A DNA stretch of 64,000 nt from a virus (IMGVR_UViG_3300022752_003600:306-64305), one strand, 5' to 3'; positions 18,137-28,023 are shown, counted from the stretch's first letter. The notes: generated by a model not told the origin, from the letters alone. Numbers and translations: made by a program.

Positions 18137-18912
18137 CTGTAAAAACCTCCTGCTTGAAGTGCCTTTGATAGTACCGCAGACACTGCGCCAAGCGACGCCG
18201 GTGCTTGTCTCTTGACGTAGGGTATCGCGCGGATGACGTGGACTACGGCCCACGCCTGGCCCGCAACAAACAGGTCTTTGTCTGCAACAGCCTGCTCTAC
18301 ATCTTCGACAGAGTACGCTCTCCACTCGCGCCTGTACTTTGCCTCTTCCCAGCCGTAGGCGCTCTGCAGCATCTTGCCGACGTCGACGCACGGCGAGTCT
18401 GGCACAGTCAGTGTTGCGGGTATCGGGTCAATGAGCACAGGACCAAACCCACGCCTGTACATCACGTTCTCAGCAGTCGCGTCCCCATGCGACAGCGCCG
18501 GTTGCGCCGACAGCGCGGCCTCATAAGCTCGCTCGGCGGCCGCAAGCGCGGCGTCGACATGCGCTGTAGACAGGTGCAGACCGCTGTTTTCTAGGTTGCG
18601 CGTGACCTTGCTGCGCAAAAGCTCACGGGTCTCTTGTGCCGCCGGCTGAGTTGCCGGCGCGTCCCAGACGTACCTACGAAGCAGCGAGACCACGTCTGCA
18701 GCACGCACCTCAGCCGGTGACATGTGGTCAAGCCGCTCCATGACGTAGCCGTCACCCGTCAGCTCAAACACCAGCGGAAGTGCAGGCGAGGTGTTTTCCA
18801 TGATCCAGCGCCCTTGTTCGATCGTCTTCTCGACGATCCCACCTCGCTTCGTGACCGTTGCCTTATTGTTCTCGACGACGACGGCTCCAGAGAGGCCGCT
18901 GTTCATGCTCAC
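18133..18912 (-). CDS. APH/choline-kinase-like phosphotransferase
   Basis: GLSGAVV loop, YVME, HGDATAENV (Brenner motif), LIDP, DVGKMLQS. Confidence 0.8.
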   Translation of the reverse strand: MSMNSGLSGAVVVENNKATVTKRGGIVEKTIEQGRWIMENTSPALPLVFELTGDGYVMERLDHMSPAEVRAADVVSLLRRYVWDAPATQPAAQETRELLRSKVTRNLENSGLHLSTAHVDAALAAAERAYEAALSAQPALSHGDATAENVMYRRGFGPVLIDPIPATLTVPDSPCVDVGKMLQSAYGWEEAKYRREWRAYSVEDVEQAVADKDLFVAGQAWAVVHVIRAIPYVKRQAPASLGAVSAVLSKALQAGGFYR

Positions 18913-20156
18913 GAAAACGCGCTCTCGATCATGACCTGAGCTGTTTTCTTTGGGTCGTTTCGCGTGCGCAACACCTCACGGTTGTGGCGCGCGATCTCAG
19001 CACGCTCAGCGTCGGGAATCTCGAGACACGTCATGAACGCGTCGGCGATCTTTTGGATCAGTTCTAGGCCTTCAGCTTGAACTAGTCGCGACTGCGTTGG
19101 CGACTTTGTGTACCAGTCGAGCACCATCATGCGAAACTGAGGATCTGATAGGTGCCCAGGAACGATGCACATCGCACCAGCGTCTGCGGCCTCAAGAGAT
19201 GAGTATTCGACTAAGCCGCGCGCAAACGCGTGCGCGGTCAAGTTCATGTGGACCTTGAACCGTGAAGCAATTGCCGCAGAGTCAGTGTAGTTGCCTAGGT
19301 AGCGCACAAGCGCCTTACCAGGGACACGCGCGTCCCAGGGATACGGCGTGACGATGTTTCCGTCCATGCTTCCGTTAAACTTCTCAGGGTTGACGACCTT
19401 CGCGTACCTCTTGACCTGCGCTTTAAAGTGATCTTTGAGGATCTCATAGACAATGTATGTCGGCGAAGGCCCTAGGCCGACTGAGCACGATCCCCAGACC
19501 TCAACTGTTACGTCTTCTGGCAAGAAAGCGCCGGCCAGGGCGACGAGTGGCTGTCCCTTGTTGTAGATAAACCGACCAGACGTCCCGACGACACGCTCAT
19601 TTGGTATCGGAGCGTCAATGTCAAACTGCGGGATGTACGGCATCGGTCCCTTGATCCACTCCATCGAGGCAAACAAGTCATTGCTGTGCTTCGCGGACTC
19701 TTCGCTCATCGTCACAAGCTTGCTTCCTCGCGACGGAGACTCGAGCAGCTTCTTGACAAACGGGATGTCTTTCTCTGGGTAAAACGAACCGTGGAGTGCC
19801 GTAGTCCACCTCGCCTTCGTGCGAAGCAGCGCGTCTACATACTCTGGTATCGCGTCTTCACCCTTCTTGATCGCCTGCTTGTCGTGCAGCGGAATCTTGA
19901 TCTCTGGAAGCACGACCATGTCATACTTATCCAGTGTCTCGACGATGTTCGCTGTCTTTACGACGACGTCAGGGGCCTCGCTCCACCACCTGCCGCCCGG
20001 CTGTGGCTTGCCCCACGCCGAGCGAGTCTTTCCGCTCTTTGTGAATGACACGACATCACAGTCGTGTCCAAGTTCTTTGAATCCGTGACGAAGCCTGAAC
20101 GCCCAGGCAGTCGGTCCTTTGACTCCTGGTTCTGGCTCAAAAACTGCGACTTTCAT
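18909..20156 (-). CDS. GT-B glycosyltransferase resembling phage DNA alpha-glucosyltransferase
   Basis: GRFIYNKG and VEYSSLEAADAG motifs; the latter recalls the T4 Agt EYTHLE.GA.G segment (from memory). Confidence 0.65.
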   Translation of the reverse strand: MKVAVFEPEPGVKGPTAWAFRLRHGFKELGHDCDVVSFTKSGKTRSAWGKPQPGGRWWSEAPDVVVKTANIVETLDKYDMVVLPEIKIPLHDKQAIKKGEDAIPEYVDALLRTKARWTTALHGSFYPEKDIPFVKKLLESPSRGSKLVTMSEESAKHSNDLFASMEWIKGPMPYIPQFDIDAPIPNERVVGTSGRFIYNKGQPLVALAGAFLPEDVTVEVWGSCSVGLGPSPTYIVYEILKDHFKAQVKRYAKVVNPEKFNGSMDGNIVTPYPWDARVPGKALVRYLGNYTDSAAIASRFKVHMNLTAHAFARGLVEYSSLEAADAGAMCIVPGHLSDPQFRMMVLDWYTKSPTQSRLVQAEGLELIQKIADAFMTCLEIPDAERAEIARHNREVLRTRNDPKKTAQVMIESAFS

Positions 20157-20200
20157 GGTGTCTCTCCTAGTTGTTACGTACCTTGTCTAATTTTGACACG

Positions 20201-20238
20201 AAAAGACGCGCCCCGGTGTTACCGGAGCGCGCCTTTTT
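20201..20238 (-). terminator. Intrinsic terminator after the SSB gene (possibly bidirectional)
   Basis: Minus strand GGCGCGCTCCGGT-AAC-ACCGGGGCGCGTC-TTTT, with A/T tracts on both sides. Confidence 0.75.
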
Positions 20239-20258
20239 CGCGTAAAGTGCGGGCTAGC

Positions 20259-20801
20259 TCAGAACGGAGCTGCCGGAGGCGTGTTTGGGTTAGCCGCTCC
20301 TGCTGCCGCTGCTGCCGGTGCCGGTGCCGGTGCCGGTGCCGGTGCCGGTGCCGGTGCCGGTGCCGGTGCCGGTGCCGGAGACGCCGAAGCGACCGCAGGG
20401 ACCGAGTAGTACGACTTGATCTCGTTCTTCTTCTGACCCTGCCAGGTGCGCGTGCCGACCGCCGCGCGGAAGGTGCGACCCTTCAGTGCTGCCTCGATCT
20501 GCGCGTTGGTCGGGTTTGACGTGAAGTACTCACGCGGAAGCCCGAGTGCGGCCATCTTCTTGAAGAACATCCCAAGCGCGTTGGGGTTGTCAGTGGTGAC
20601 GACAAGGTTGTCCCAGACAAGCCGCTTGGCGTGCGCGCCGGTTTGAACCTGCGCCTTGACGGCGAACATGGTCTTTCCGGTCTGCGTCACCTTTGCGACT
20701 GCTTCGACGACCTGGAGGTCGTAGTCGCCGTCTGGCAGCGGGTCGTACCCGCCCGTGTCGGCTGCGTCCTTGATGAGGTCGCCCCAGTTGAGTGATGACA
20801 T
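20259..20801 (-). CDS. DUF669-type ssDNA-binding protein
   Basis: YDPLPDGDY...RLVWDNL...NEIK; Pro/Ala tail ending in PF; directly downstream of the AAA recombinase gene. Confidence 0.8.
   Translation of the reverse strand: MSSLNWGDLIKDAADTGGYDPLPDGDYDLQVVEAVAKVTQTGKTMFAVKAQVQTGAHAKRLVWDNLVVTTDNPNALGMFFKKMAALGLPREYFTSNPTNAQIEAALKGRTFRAAVGTRTWQGQKKNEIKSYYSVPAVASASPAPAPAPAPAPAPAPAPAPAPAAAAAGAANPNTPPAAPF
20313..20378. repeat. Perfect (TGCCGG)11 microsatellite encoding (PA)11
   Basis: Direct count in the sequence. Confidence 0.95.
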
Positions 20802-20803
20802 TG

Positions 20804-21592
20804 TTACTTGCTCGCTTTCTCTGTTGTTGTTGTTGTTTTTTCTTGCTTTTGTTCTGGCCGTGGGCCGAACACTATCTCGAGCATCCTCTCAATTCCGAGG
20901 TCTTGCTGCTCGACAACTTTACCCAGCCGTCCCTGCACGCGCTCGCCGGCCTCGAACTTGCTCGTTCGCTCGACGTACATGCGGCGCGCCTTGTACGGCG
21001 GCTGCGTCGGGTCTGGGTGTGGGAACTCTTCAACCGTGATCGCACCGAGGACGTCGTAGAAGTACGGCGCCTGGATCGCGAGCTGGCCCTGGAGGTATGG
21101 ACGAGCGCGCCCGTCCTGCCCGGTGCGAGACATCGCGGTCAGCACAACCGCCTCAAGAGGCGCGGTCGGGTGCATCGTCAAGTCGCGGAGGTCGCGAAGC
21201 AGCGCGCCCATGTGGCGAAGAAGCTCGCCCCACTGCTGCATCTGCATCTGGTTTGTTCCGGCGATGTTGTCCACGCACTTGACCTGGAGCTCCGATACGG
21301 AGTCAATGATCAGCGACTTGAACTGGTGACGTCCGAGCTGGAGCCACTGGTACGCCTTCATCATCGTGTCATACTTGGTGATGTTGACGACGCAGGTGTC
21401 CCACGTCCCGTCAGCCACCGGCGGCTCCTCGCGTAGAGGGTCCCAGTACTTAACCGTGATTGGAAGAAAGCGGTGGCCGCCCTCTACGTCGAGCATAAGC
21501 CGCGGGTACGGTGCTGTGACCGCAAACGTCGACTTGCCGACCTTTGATTCTCCGTACACCATGAGTGTAAGAGAACGTTGGACATTTGTCAT
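20804..21592 (-). CDS. AAA_24/Sak4-like ATPase recombinase
   Basis: Walker A YGESKVGKST, LDVEGG, Walker B LIIDSVSE. Confidence 0.8.
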   Translation of the reverse strand: MTNVQRSLTLMVYGESKVGKSTFAVTAPYPRLMLDVEGGHRFLPITVKYWDPLREEPPVADGTWDTCVVNITKYDTMMKAYQWLQLGRHQFKSLIIDSVSELQVKCVDNIAGTNQMQMQQWGELLRHMGALLRDLRDLTMHPTAPLEAVVLTAMSRTGQDGRARPYLQGQLAIQAPYFYDVLGAITVEEFPHPDPTQPPYKARRMYVERTSKFEAGERVQGRLGKVVEQQDLGIERMLEIVFGPRPEQKQEKTTTTTEKASK

Positions 21593-21594
21593 GT

Positions 21595-22521
21595 TTACTC
21601 GTTTCCTTTGGTCTCTGATTTGTAATAGCCGTACGGGTCGTCGACCACGTACATTTCGCTGATTGCCTGCTCGGCGGCGGAACCGTCGTCGAGCAGCGGG
21701 CATACAGCGAAAAATTGGCACTTCCACTTGCAGTCGCGGCTCGGCCGCGGGTACGCAAGCGTCGTGTGATCTCCGCCCTCTTCAAGCCCTTTGCGGACCC
21801 TGAGGAGGTCAGTGATCGTGCCATGAATCCTATTCCAGAAAGAGCGCAAACTGAAGATGTTGTGCCGCACTTCAATCTGGTCGTAAAACGGCGGGCGCGC
21901 GTTAGCAGTCCGCTTGACCTTACGCAGCATCGTAAAGATGCCGCCGTCACAGCGCTCGGTCTCGTCTTTCTTTTGCGCTTCAAGAAGCATGTACGTAAGC
22001 ACTTGCTCGTTCATGTGCGCCATGCTTGTGAAGTCAGCAAACGAGCCGCCGACTGTCTTGAAGTCACGAAACATGCGGACGCCGTCAGCCTTGCGGCGGA
22101 CACGCATGTCGAGCTTTCCTTGCAGCTCGACCTGGCCGTCAAGTAGAGTCGCGCTGACGACCTCTTCACTCGAGATGAACTCGAGCTCGGCGTCAATGCC
22201 GTTTTCTTCAACCCAGCCGAGGTACCCTTCGAGCATGATCCGGCCAAGTTCTGCCTCAGATTGCAGGTCGACCGTGTCGCGGAAGCCCTCAATAAGCAGC
22301 TGCTTGTCGCGTTCGACGAGCTCGGCGTGCGCATCGAGTAGCGGCACCCCGTTTGCGTAGTACTGCTCAAACGCTGAGTGAATGCGCGTGCCGAGCGCGA
22401 GCGGGCCGACCATCTGCTTTTCCCTCGGCTGCAGCCGCCTGAAGTACGTTAGCCACCAGCGGCGCCGGCAGTCTTTAAACGTCTGAAGCTCGCTGTTAGA
22501 TACTTTGAGTGGTTGTGTCAT
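21595..22521 (-). CDS. PD-(D/E)xK RecB/Cas4-like exonuclease
   Basis: SNSEL..FKDCRRRW, GTRIH, GKLD...DFKT, C-terminal CKWKCQFFAVC. Confidence 0.85.
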   Translation of the reverse strand: MTQPLKVSNSELQTFKDCRRRWWLTYFRRLQPREKQMVGPLALGTRIHSAFEQYYANGVPLLDAHAELVERDKQLLIEGFRDTVDLQSEAELGRIMLEGYLGWVEENGIDAELEFISSEEVVSATLLDGQVELQGKLDMRVRRKADGVRMFRDFKTVGGSFADFTSMAHMNEQVLTYMLLEAQKKDETERCDGGIFTMLRKVKRTANARPPFYDQIEVRHNIFSLRSFWNRIHGTITDLLRVRKGLEEGGDHTTLAYPRPSRDCKWKCQFFAVCPLLDDGSAAEQAISEMYVVDDPYGYYKSETKGNE

Positions 22522-24317
22522 AGCTTACCTGCCTTGTCTTCTTTGAGCATGCTGAGCAGCTTGTCCTTGTCTCGGACTATCTGCTCGAAGTTGTCTGCCT
22601 TTGTGTCAAGCACCTGGATCACGCGCTCCTCAACGGTGCCTTCGGTCACGTAGTCAGTGATGATGACGCTGTCGTGGATCTCTGACCCGATGCGGTGGAC
22701 GCGGTCAAGTGCCTGCTTGTGGTCGACCAACGACCAGGGACGTTGAAGCATGATCAACCTACGCGCCGCGGTGAGTGTCACGCCTACGCCGCCAGCCTGC
22801 GCCGTAAACAAGATCCACTTCGTCCTGCCTGACTGAAAGTCGTCGATAGACCGCTGGCGCTCTTCTTCATTTTGCGCGCCGGTGATGAGTCCGTGTTCGA
22901 TGCCAGCCTTTGTCATGGCCGCGCTTAGCAACTCAATAAGCTGCCGCGACACGGCGCATACAGCGACTGAGTCGCTGCCGAAGTCGCCACTCTCGATGTC
23001 GTCCATCAGCGCGTCAACCTTGCACGACGGCTCGGCGAGCACCGCTCGCACCTCGCCAGTCTCTGTGTCGGCGACCATGTCAGCATACGAGCTTGCAAAC
23101 TGAAGCAAGCGCGTCACCTGTGTAAGCGGGCTTGTCGCCATCAGCGCGGCACCGCTCTCAAGCTCGGCGATCATGAGGTCACGCATCTGCGAGTAGGCCT
23201 TGGCCTGTTTTGACGACATCTCGACGTCACGGCGCTCATTTATGACTGGCGGCAGCCAGTGCAGCACCTTCGCCTTGAGCATGCGCCGCATACGCGGGTT
23301 GATGCTTGCGTAAAACTCCTGCTCCATCTGTGGCTTGACGCCGAGGACCATCATGCCGCCGAACGCGTTAAGCATCGTGTTGATCATGCGGTCGATCCAG
23401 CGCGTCTTGCTCGGCCACTCTTCTGGAGACAGCCAGTGCAAGATAGGCCACAGGTCGACGACGTCATTCGCGATCGGCGTGCCGGTCAGCGCAAACCGGA
23501 TGTCTGCGTCACCTGTTGCGGCCCACAGCGCACGCGTCTGCTTTGACTTTGGATCCTTTGACCGGTGTATCTCGTCTGCGACGACGGCCTTGAAGTCAAT
23601 CGCGTTAAGTTCGCGCGGTGTGACCTCGCACTGCTTTTCAGTGACGCTGTCATCGTGGCCACCCATCGCGACACAACGTTTAAGGGCGATTGAGCCGTAG
23701 GGAGCGAGACGCGAGTGAGCGCGCAGCGACTCCCAGTTGATGACATAGACATCAGCGCCAGACTCAAAAGACTTTCGCCGCTGCGTCGCCGTTCCAGAGA
23801 TGACCTCGACATTCACACTTGGCCACCAGCGCGCAAACTCGCGCTTCCAGTTCTTTTTCACCGTGTTCGGGCACACGACCAACGCTGGAAACACCTGCTC
23901 GCCTGCGTCTTGAAGGGCCTTAAGCGCGCGGATCGCCTGCGCGGTCTTGCCCAGGCCTGGCTCGTCGGCGAGCAACGCACGGCGTGCGACCTTGAGAAAC
24001 TGGACACCGGCGCGTTGGTGAGGAAACAAGTCTTCATCGCCATCGGCTTCTTCGAGCTCGCGCAGTTTGTTAGCTGGCTCGACTCGAGATGTAAGCTCGC
24101 TGGTCGCCCACGCGGTGAGCGACTGTCCGATGACGAGCTCGGTCTTGAACGTCGACCTCAGCGCGAGGCAGGTAGACCAGCTTAGCGGGACGCTCCAGAC
24201 CTTATCTGTCGTCGACCACTTTGCCCCTGGGATGCTCTTGCAAAGCTCCTTGTAGCGCCAGTCGGCGTCAATGCGGATGTGTTTTCCGTCTTTGTCGATG
24301 TCAACTAATACTGTCAA
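22518..24317 (-). CDS. SNF2-family helicase/ATPase
   Basis: DEPGLGKT, DEIH, LTGTP, GGVGVTLT, QALDRVHRIG. Confidence 0.92.
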   Translation of the reverse strand: MTVLVDIDKDGKHIRIDADWRYKELCKSIPGAKWSTTDKVWSVPLSWSTCLALRSTFKTELVIGQSLTAWATSELTSRVEPANKLRELEEADGDEDLFPHQRAGVQFLKVARRALLADEPGLGKTAQAIRALKALQDAGEQVFPALVVCPNTVKKNWKREFARWWPSVNVEVISGTATQRRKSFESGADVYVINWESLRAHSRLAPYGSIALKRCVAMGGHDDSVTEKQCEVTPRELNAIDFKAVVADEIHRSKDPKSKQTRALWAATGDADIRFALTGTPIANDVVDLWPILHWLSPEEWPSKTRWIDRMINTMLNAFGGMMVLGVKPQMEQEFYASINPRMRRMLKAKVLHWLPPVINERRDVEMSSKQAKAYSQMRDLMIAELESGAALMATSPLTQVTRLLQFASSYADMVADTETGEVRAVLAEPSCKVDALMDDIESGDFGSDSVAVCAVSRQLIELLSAAMTKAGIEHGLITGAQNEEERQRSIDDFQSGRTKWILFTAQAGGVGVTLTAARRLIMLQRPWSLVDHKQALDRVHRIGSEIHDSVIITDYVTEGTVEERVIQVLDTKADNFEQIVRDKDKLLSMLKEDKAGKL

Positions 24318-24343
24318 CTTAGTCCCTCAATCATTCGTCATTC

Positions 24344-24354
24344 ACTGTACCACA
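24344..24354 (-). promoter_or_regulatory. Extended -10 promoter (TGTGGTACAGT)
   Basis: AT-rich intergenic gap upstream of the helicase gene. Confidence 0.5.
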
Positions 24355-24409
24355 TACTAGGAAGATTTTGATGATCTCCAGCAAATATTTTTCTTAGTAC
24401 ATAAGCTCT

Positions 24410-24880
24410 TTACTCAAGAAGTACTCTTGGCACCCAGCCGGTCTTGGCTAGCCGCAGCAGGCCGTGGCGCATCGCGTCAAGCGCGTGTCCGCCACCGCCG
24501 ACGTGCCAAAAACCGAGCTTCTTCAACGCGTCGTTGGTAAACAGCTTCTTGGCATCAGATGGCGACTGAAAGTAGATCTTTTCGGGGTCAAGACCGCTGC
24601 TGTGCACTACGTACTTCATGATGCCGATCTGCTCAAGGCTAAACGGAGCCTGCGAGTTCTTGATTGTCTGCGCGTTGATGACGAAGCGCTCACACACGAC
24701 GTCTATCGACGCTCCGGCCTCTTTTGCGGCCTTGATCTCGTCACTAAGAGCCATCGCGAACGCATATGGCCCAAGCTCGCGAGACACCAATAGCGCCGGC
24801 GACTCTCCAGCGTACGTGATGACGGCGAACCCTGTGGTCTTGCCAGGGTCGATCGCGATGACTGTTTTTGCTTGTTTCAC
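24410..24880 (-). CDS. RuvC-like Holliday junction resolvase
   Basis: IAIDPGKTTG...VVCE...HALDA; GTGA overlap with the polymerase stop. Confidence 0.8.
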   Translation of the reverse strand: MKQAKTVIAIDPGKTTGFAVITYAGESPALLVSRELGPYAFAMALSDEIKAAKEAGASIDVVCERFVINAQTIKNSQAPFSLEQIGIMKYVVHSSGLDPEKIYFQSPSDAKKLFTNDALKKLGFWHVGGGGHALDAMRHGLLRLAKTGWVPRVLLE

Positions 24881-26697
24881 TTGTACTTGTCTCCCCATGT
24901 CTCGAGCGGGCCGTCGATTCCCGCCGTCAGCGGGACGTTCCAACCTTCAGTTGTAGTCATGCAGTCTTTTACAATGTGCTTGATCTCTTCTGCGTCCTTG
25001 CGCGGCGCGTTGAGCACGATTTCGTCGTGCACCGGCACGATCAGCAGCTCGGTGAGGTCCGCCTGGTCGAGCTTGACGAGGTTTGCTTTGAACACCTCGG
25101 CCGCGCCGCCCTGGATCAGGTAGTTGACCAGCGTGTACACGCGGTCCTCATCGCACGGCAGGCGGCGGCCGGTCCATGTGTAGACGTATCCCTGTCCCTC
25201 TTCACGGACACGGCGCATCCCGGCGTCTTCAATCTGCCGCTGAAACATCGACATCCCAGGGTACCGCCCGTCGAACGCGTCTGACACCTCTCTCATCTGC
25301 GGCTCGGCGACGCCCGCGGTGAGCGCCTGCTTTGCGACGCCGGCGCCATACAGGCGACCGTAGACCGTGCCCTTGATGAGCGCACGGCGCTTGTCTGACT
25401 TTTGCATTGTCGGGTCTCTATAGATCTCTCGGCCGATCTCGGTAAACGGGTCAGACCCTGTTGCGTCGGCGCGGTTGAACAGTGTGATGAGGTTTGGGTC
25501 GTTTGACAGGCTCGCAAACATGCGGAACTCGACCTGGTCGAGGTCCGACGTGATGATGACGTGGTCATCATCCTTAGGCAAGAACGCGCGGCGGACGACG
25601 TCGTCTCCTTTTGGCAGAGTCTGAAGCGCTGGGTTTTGGATCGACATGCGGCTCGTGCGAGCGCCGAGCGTCTTCACAGACGGGTGGACAAACCCGCCGA
25701 CGTTTTCGCTCAAGAAGTTCGAGAAATATGTGTTGGCGAGCTTGTCGGCCTTGCGCTGCTTCAGGACTGTGTCGGCGAGCGTTGACACTTCCTCATTTCC
25801 GTTGATCTTGAGCAGCTTGAGTTGATCTTTGGTGCATGATTTTTGCCCAGTCGGCGTAAACTCGGTGATCTCGGCGCCGAGGTCCTCGAACAAGCGCACG
25901 AGCTGCTGGTTGCTCGTGATCGACACACCGCCATACTTGCCCTTGGCCCACTCTTTGACGGTTGCTGTATATGCGGTGAGCTCGTCGTACTTTTTCTTCG
26001 AGTACTCAAGGTCGACGCGTGCACCGTTGATCTCCATGCGCGTCACGATCTTTCTCGCGGCCATCTCGAGCTCGTAGGCGCGGCTATACGGCTTGCCAGG
26101 GCCGCATTTTTCGTAGAACATCTCCCACAGGCGCATCGTCAGCACCGTGTCGAGCGCGCCGTACGACCAGTACGGCTGAAACGTCACCGGAACAGTGCCC
26201 CACGTCCACCCGTTCTTTGCGAGCTCTGTGTCTAGCGTGTCTTGTAATGCGACGGCGCGGCCGTCGACGTGCAGTGCGGCAAGCCGCTTAAGCGCCCCCG
26301 ATCCAAGCGGGTCAATGATGTGCGCCATGATCATCGTGTCGTGCGCGCGGCCCCACGGCAGGCCCCAGCGTGACTGTACGTCAAACCAGCGGGCCTCGAA
26401 CGCGATGTTGTGGCACACGATCGGGCCGTCAAACCTGTCCATGGCCTCGTAGAAGACGCCAGACCACTCTCCCCACGGGATCGCCCAGCCCTGCTGCCCG
26501 TCGCCAACCTGTACGAGGCGCAGTCGACCGTGCCACGGAGACAGCGCGTGTTCTCTAGGGTTGCCTGGAAGCTCACCGGTCTCAGTGTCAATCGCGATCG
26601 CGCCGTGCGGCCTACGCTCACTGAGCCAAGCGACGAATTCAGACGCCTTCTGCGCTGAGTCTACCAGTGAAAGCTTGACGCTGGAGAGGTCGCTCAC
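24877..26697 (-). CDS. polA: Family A DNA polymerase with 3'-5' exonuclease
   Basis: DTET, HNIAFE, DLDQVEFR (motif A), R...K...YG (motif B), NYLIQG, VHDE (motif C). Confidence 0.95.
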   Translation of the reverse strand: MSDLSSVKLSLVDSAQKASEFVAWLSERRPHGAIAIDTETGELPGNPREHALSPWHGRLRLVQVGDGQQGWAIPWGEWSGVFYEAMDRFDGPIVCHNIAFEARWFDVQSRWGLPWGRAHDTMIMAHIIDPLGSGALKRLAALHVDGRAVALQDTLDTELAKNGWTWGTVPVTFQPYWSYGALDTVLTMRLWEMFYEKCGPGKPYSRAYELEMAARKIVTRMEINGARVDLEYSKKKYDELTAYTATVKEWAKGKYGGVSITSNQQLVRLFEDLGAEITEFTPTGQKSCTKDQLKLLKINGNEEVSTLADTVLKQRKADKLANTYFSNFLSENVGGFVHPSVKTLGARTSRMSIQNPALQTLPKGDDVVRRAFLPKDDDHVIITSDLDQVEFRMFASLSNDPNLITLFNRADATGSDPFTEIGREIYRDPTMQKSDKRRALIKGTVYGRLYGAGVAKQALTAGVAEPQMREVSDAFDGRYPGMSMFQRQIEDAGMRRVREEGQGYVYTWTGRRLPCDEDRVYTLVNYLIQGGAAEVFKANLVKLDQADLTELLIVPVHDEIVLNAPRKDAEEIKHIVKDCMTTTEGWNVPLTAGIDGPLETWGDKYK

Positions 26698-27176
26698 TTA
26701 GAACTACGTTCTGGAATCGCGCGGACTTCAAGTCCGCACTTCTTTAGGTATACGATAACCTCGCTTGGCTTACGGTGAAAGTCGACATCGCGCACAACCA
26801 TGACCACACGAGATACTCCAGAGTTCGACACAAGCTTCGCGCACTGTATGCAGACCGCGCCTGTCACGTATAGTGTTCCGCCTTCGACCTGGGACCTGTC
26901 GACATAGAGCAGCGCGTTTGCCTCGGCGTGTATCGCGGGACAGGCGTCGTATGTATTGTCCAACGGTGCGTCGCCCTGCGCACGCGGGCACCAGAACGAG
27001 CACGGTCGCTCGTCTGGCCACGTCGCCGCCGGGCCGTTGTACCCAGTCGCGCAGATGCGTTGGTTCTTTGACACGATAACAGCGCCGATCTGCGCCCGCG
27101 TGCAGCGCGATCTGCGAGCGACGGCCTTGGCGACGTTAAGCCACGTCTCGTCCCAGTTCGTGCGGTCAGGAAGCAT
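26694..27176 (-). CDS. dCMP deaminase
   Basis: RSRCTRAQIGAVIV...TGYNG...HAEANA...CIQCAK; start reassigned to ATG27176. Confidence 0.9.
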   Translation of the reverse strand: MLPDRTNWDETWLNVAKAVARRSRCTRAQIGAVIVSKNQRICATGYNGPAATWPDERPCSFWCPRAQGDAPLDNTYDACPAIHAEANALLYVDRSQVEGGTLYVTGAVCIQCAKLVSNSGVSRVVMVVRDVDFHRKPSEVIVYLKKCGLEVRAIPERSSK

Positions 27177-28023
27177 TTTTCTCGTTCTTTGCGATCGCGC
27201 TACGCATCGCCGAGGCGTACCACCTGTCCTCAGCCGGCAGAGACTCGTACACAGCGTCGTCGTGCGCGGCGTCGAGGCACTTGACGGCGCGCGCCTGGAT
27301 CGCGCTCCACGACCGGGCGACAAAGACGGGTATCGGCTTGCTCGGCTCCGACGCGTAGGACAAGTTTTCCGCGGCGGCAAAGTTGTTCTCATAGACATGC
27401 AACGAGCCGACGTGGTGGCCGTAGGTGCCTGGCTCGATACCGAGGATAGACGCGATCGCGACCTGCACGCGTGTGAACTGGAAGAAGTCATAGGCTGCGC
27501 CAAGCCACACGTCGTTTGAGCGCATGTAGACGCTCATGTTGAGCCTGTTCTTTCGGACTCGAAACTGGTGAAGTATCGTGCACGGGTAGTCGCGCTTCTT
27601 CTCGAGCATGTCACGCTCGGGATTCCAGATGGTGACGACCGCCTGACGCGACTCGGGGTCTTTCTTGAGGCGGTCGACCACGACCTCGTACTGGCCGAGC
27701 GTCCGCGTTCCGTACGAGCCGTGAAACTGCCCGTCATCCTCGGTGTAGTTCGCAAACTGCGGGCCGACGGCGACTACCGTCTTCGGCCGCGACACGCCGC
27801 CGAGCAGCTGGCACGCCTCAACCGCACCGATCCCTGAGACGACGTTGCGGCCGACGCCGACCGGCAACGTATTGTATACGTCCTCGATGAAGATCATCGC
27901 GTCCTCGATCTCGCGCGTCTTCATGCCGCGCGGCGCGGCCTCCTCGCCGTAGCGAAGGACGTGCCTGACGAGGTCAACGTATCCGTTGACGCCGTCTTGT
28001 ATGTGTATCACCTTAGTGTCCAT
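27166..28023 (-). CDS. Thymidylate-synthase homologue, predicted dCMP-modifying enzyme (hydroxymethylase-like)
   Basis: SRQA, DYPCT, MRSNDVWLGAAYD, GSLHVY. Asp occupies the position of E. coli ThyA Asn177. Confidence 0.8.
   Translation of the reverse strand: MDTKVIHIQDGVNGYVDLVRHVLRYGEEAAPRGMKTREIEDAMIFIEDVYNTLPVGVGRNVVSGIGAVEACQLLGGVSRPKTVVAVGPQFANYTEDDGQFHGSYGTRTLGQYEVVVDRLKKDPESRQAVVTIWNPERDMLEKKRDYPCTILHQFRVRKNRLNMSVYMRSNDVWLGAAYDFFQFTRVQVAIASILGIEPGTYGHHVGSLHVYENNFAAAENLSYASEPSKPIPVFVARSWSAIQARAVKCLDAAHDDAVYESLPAEDRWYASAMRSAIAKNEKNAS

Noticed and set aside
18133-18912. Aminoglycoside resistance gene
   Set aside because: The APH fold is generic, and coupling to HAD, NTase and GT genes suggests small-molecule or sugar activation
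21595-22521. Cas4-like nuclease as evidence of CRISPR-Cas
   Set aside because: It lies in an exonuclease-Sak4-SSB recombination module with no cas genes or array
27177-27503. Long N-terminal extension of the dCMP deaminase (similarly 13151-13375, 18137-18391, 21593-21727)
   Set aside because: Out-of-frame overlap with the upstream gene; family similarity starts at the downstream ATG
27166-28023. Ordinary thyA
   Set aside because: Asp instead of Asn at the specificity position and the gene context favour a dCMP-modifying enzyme
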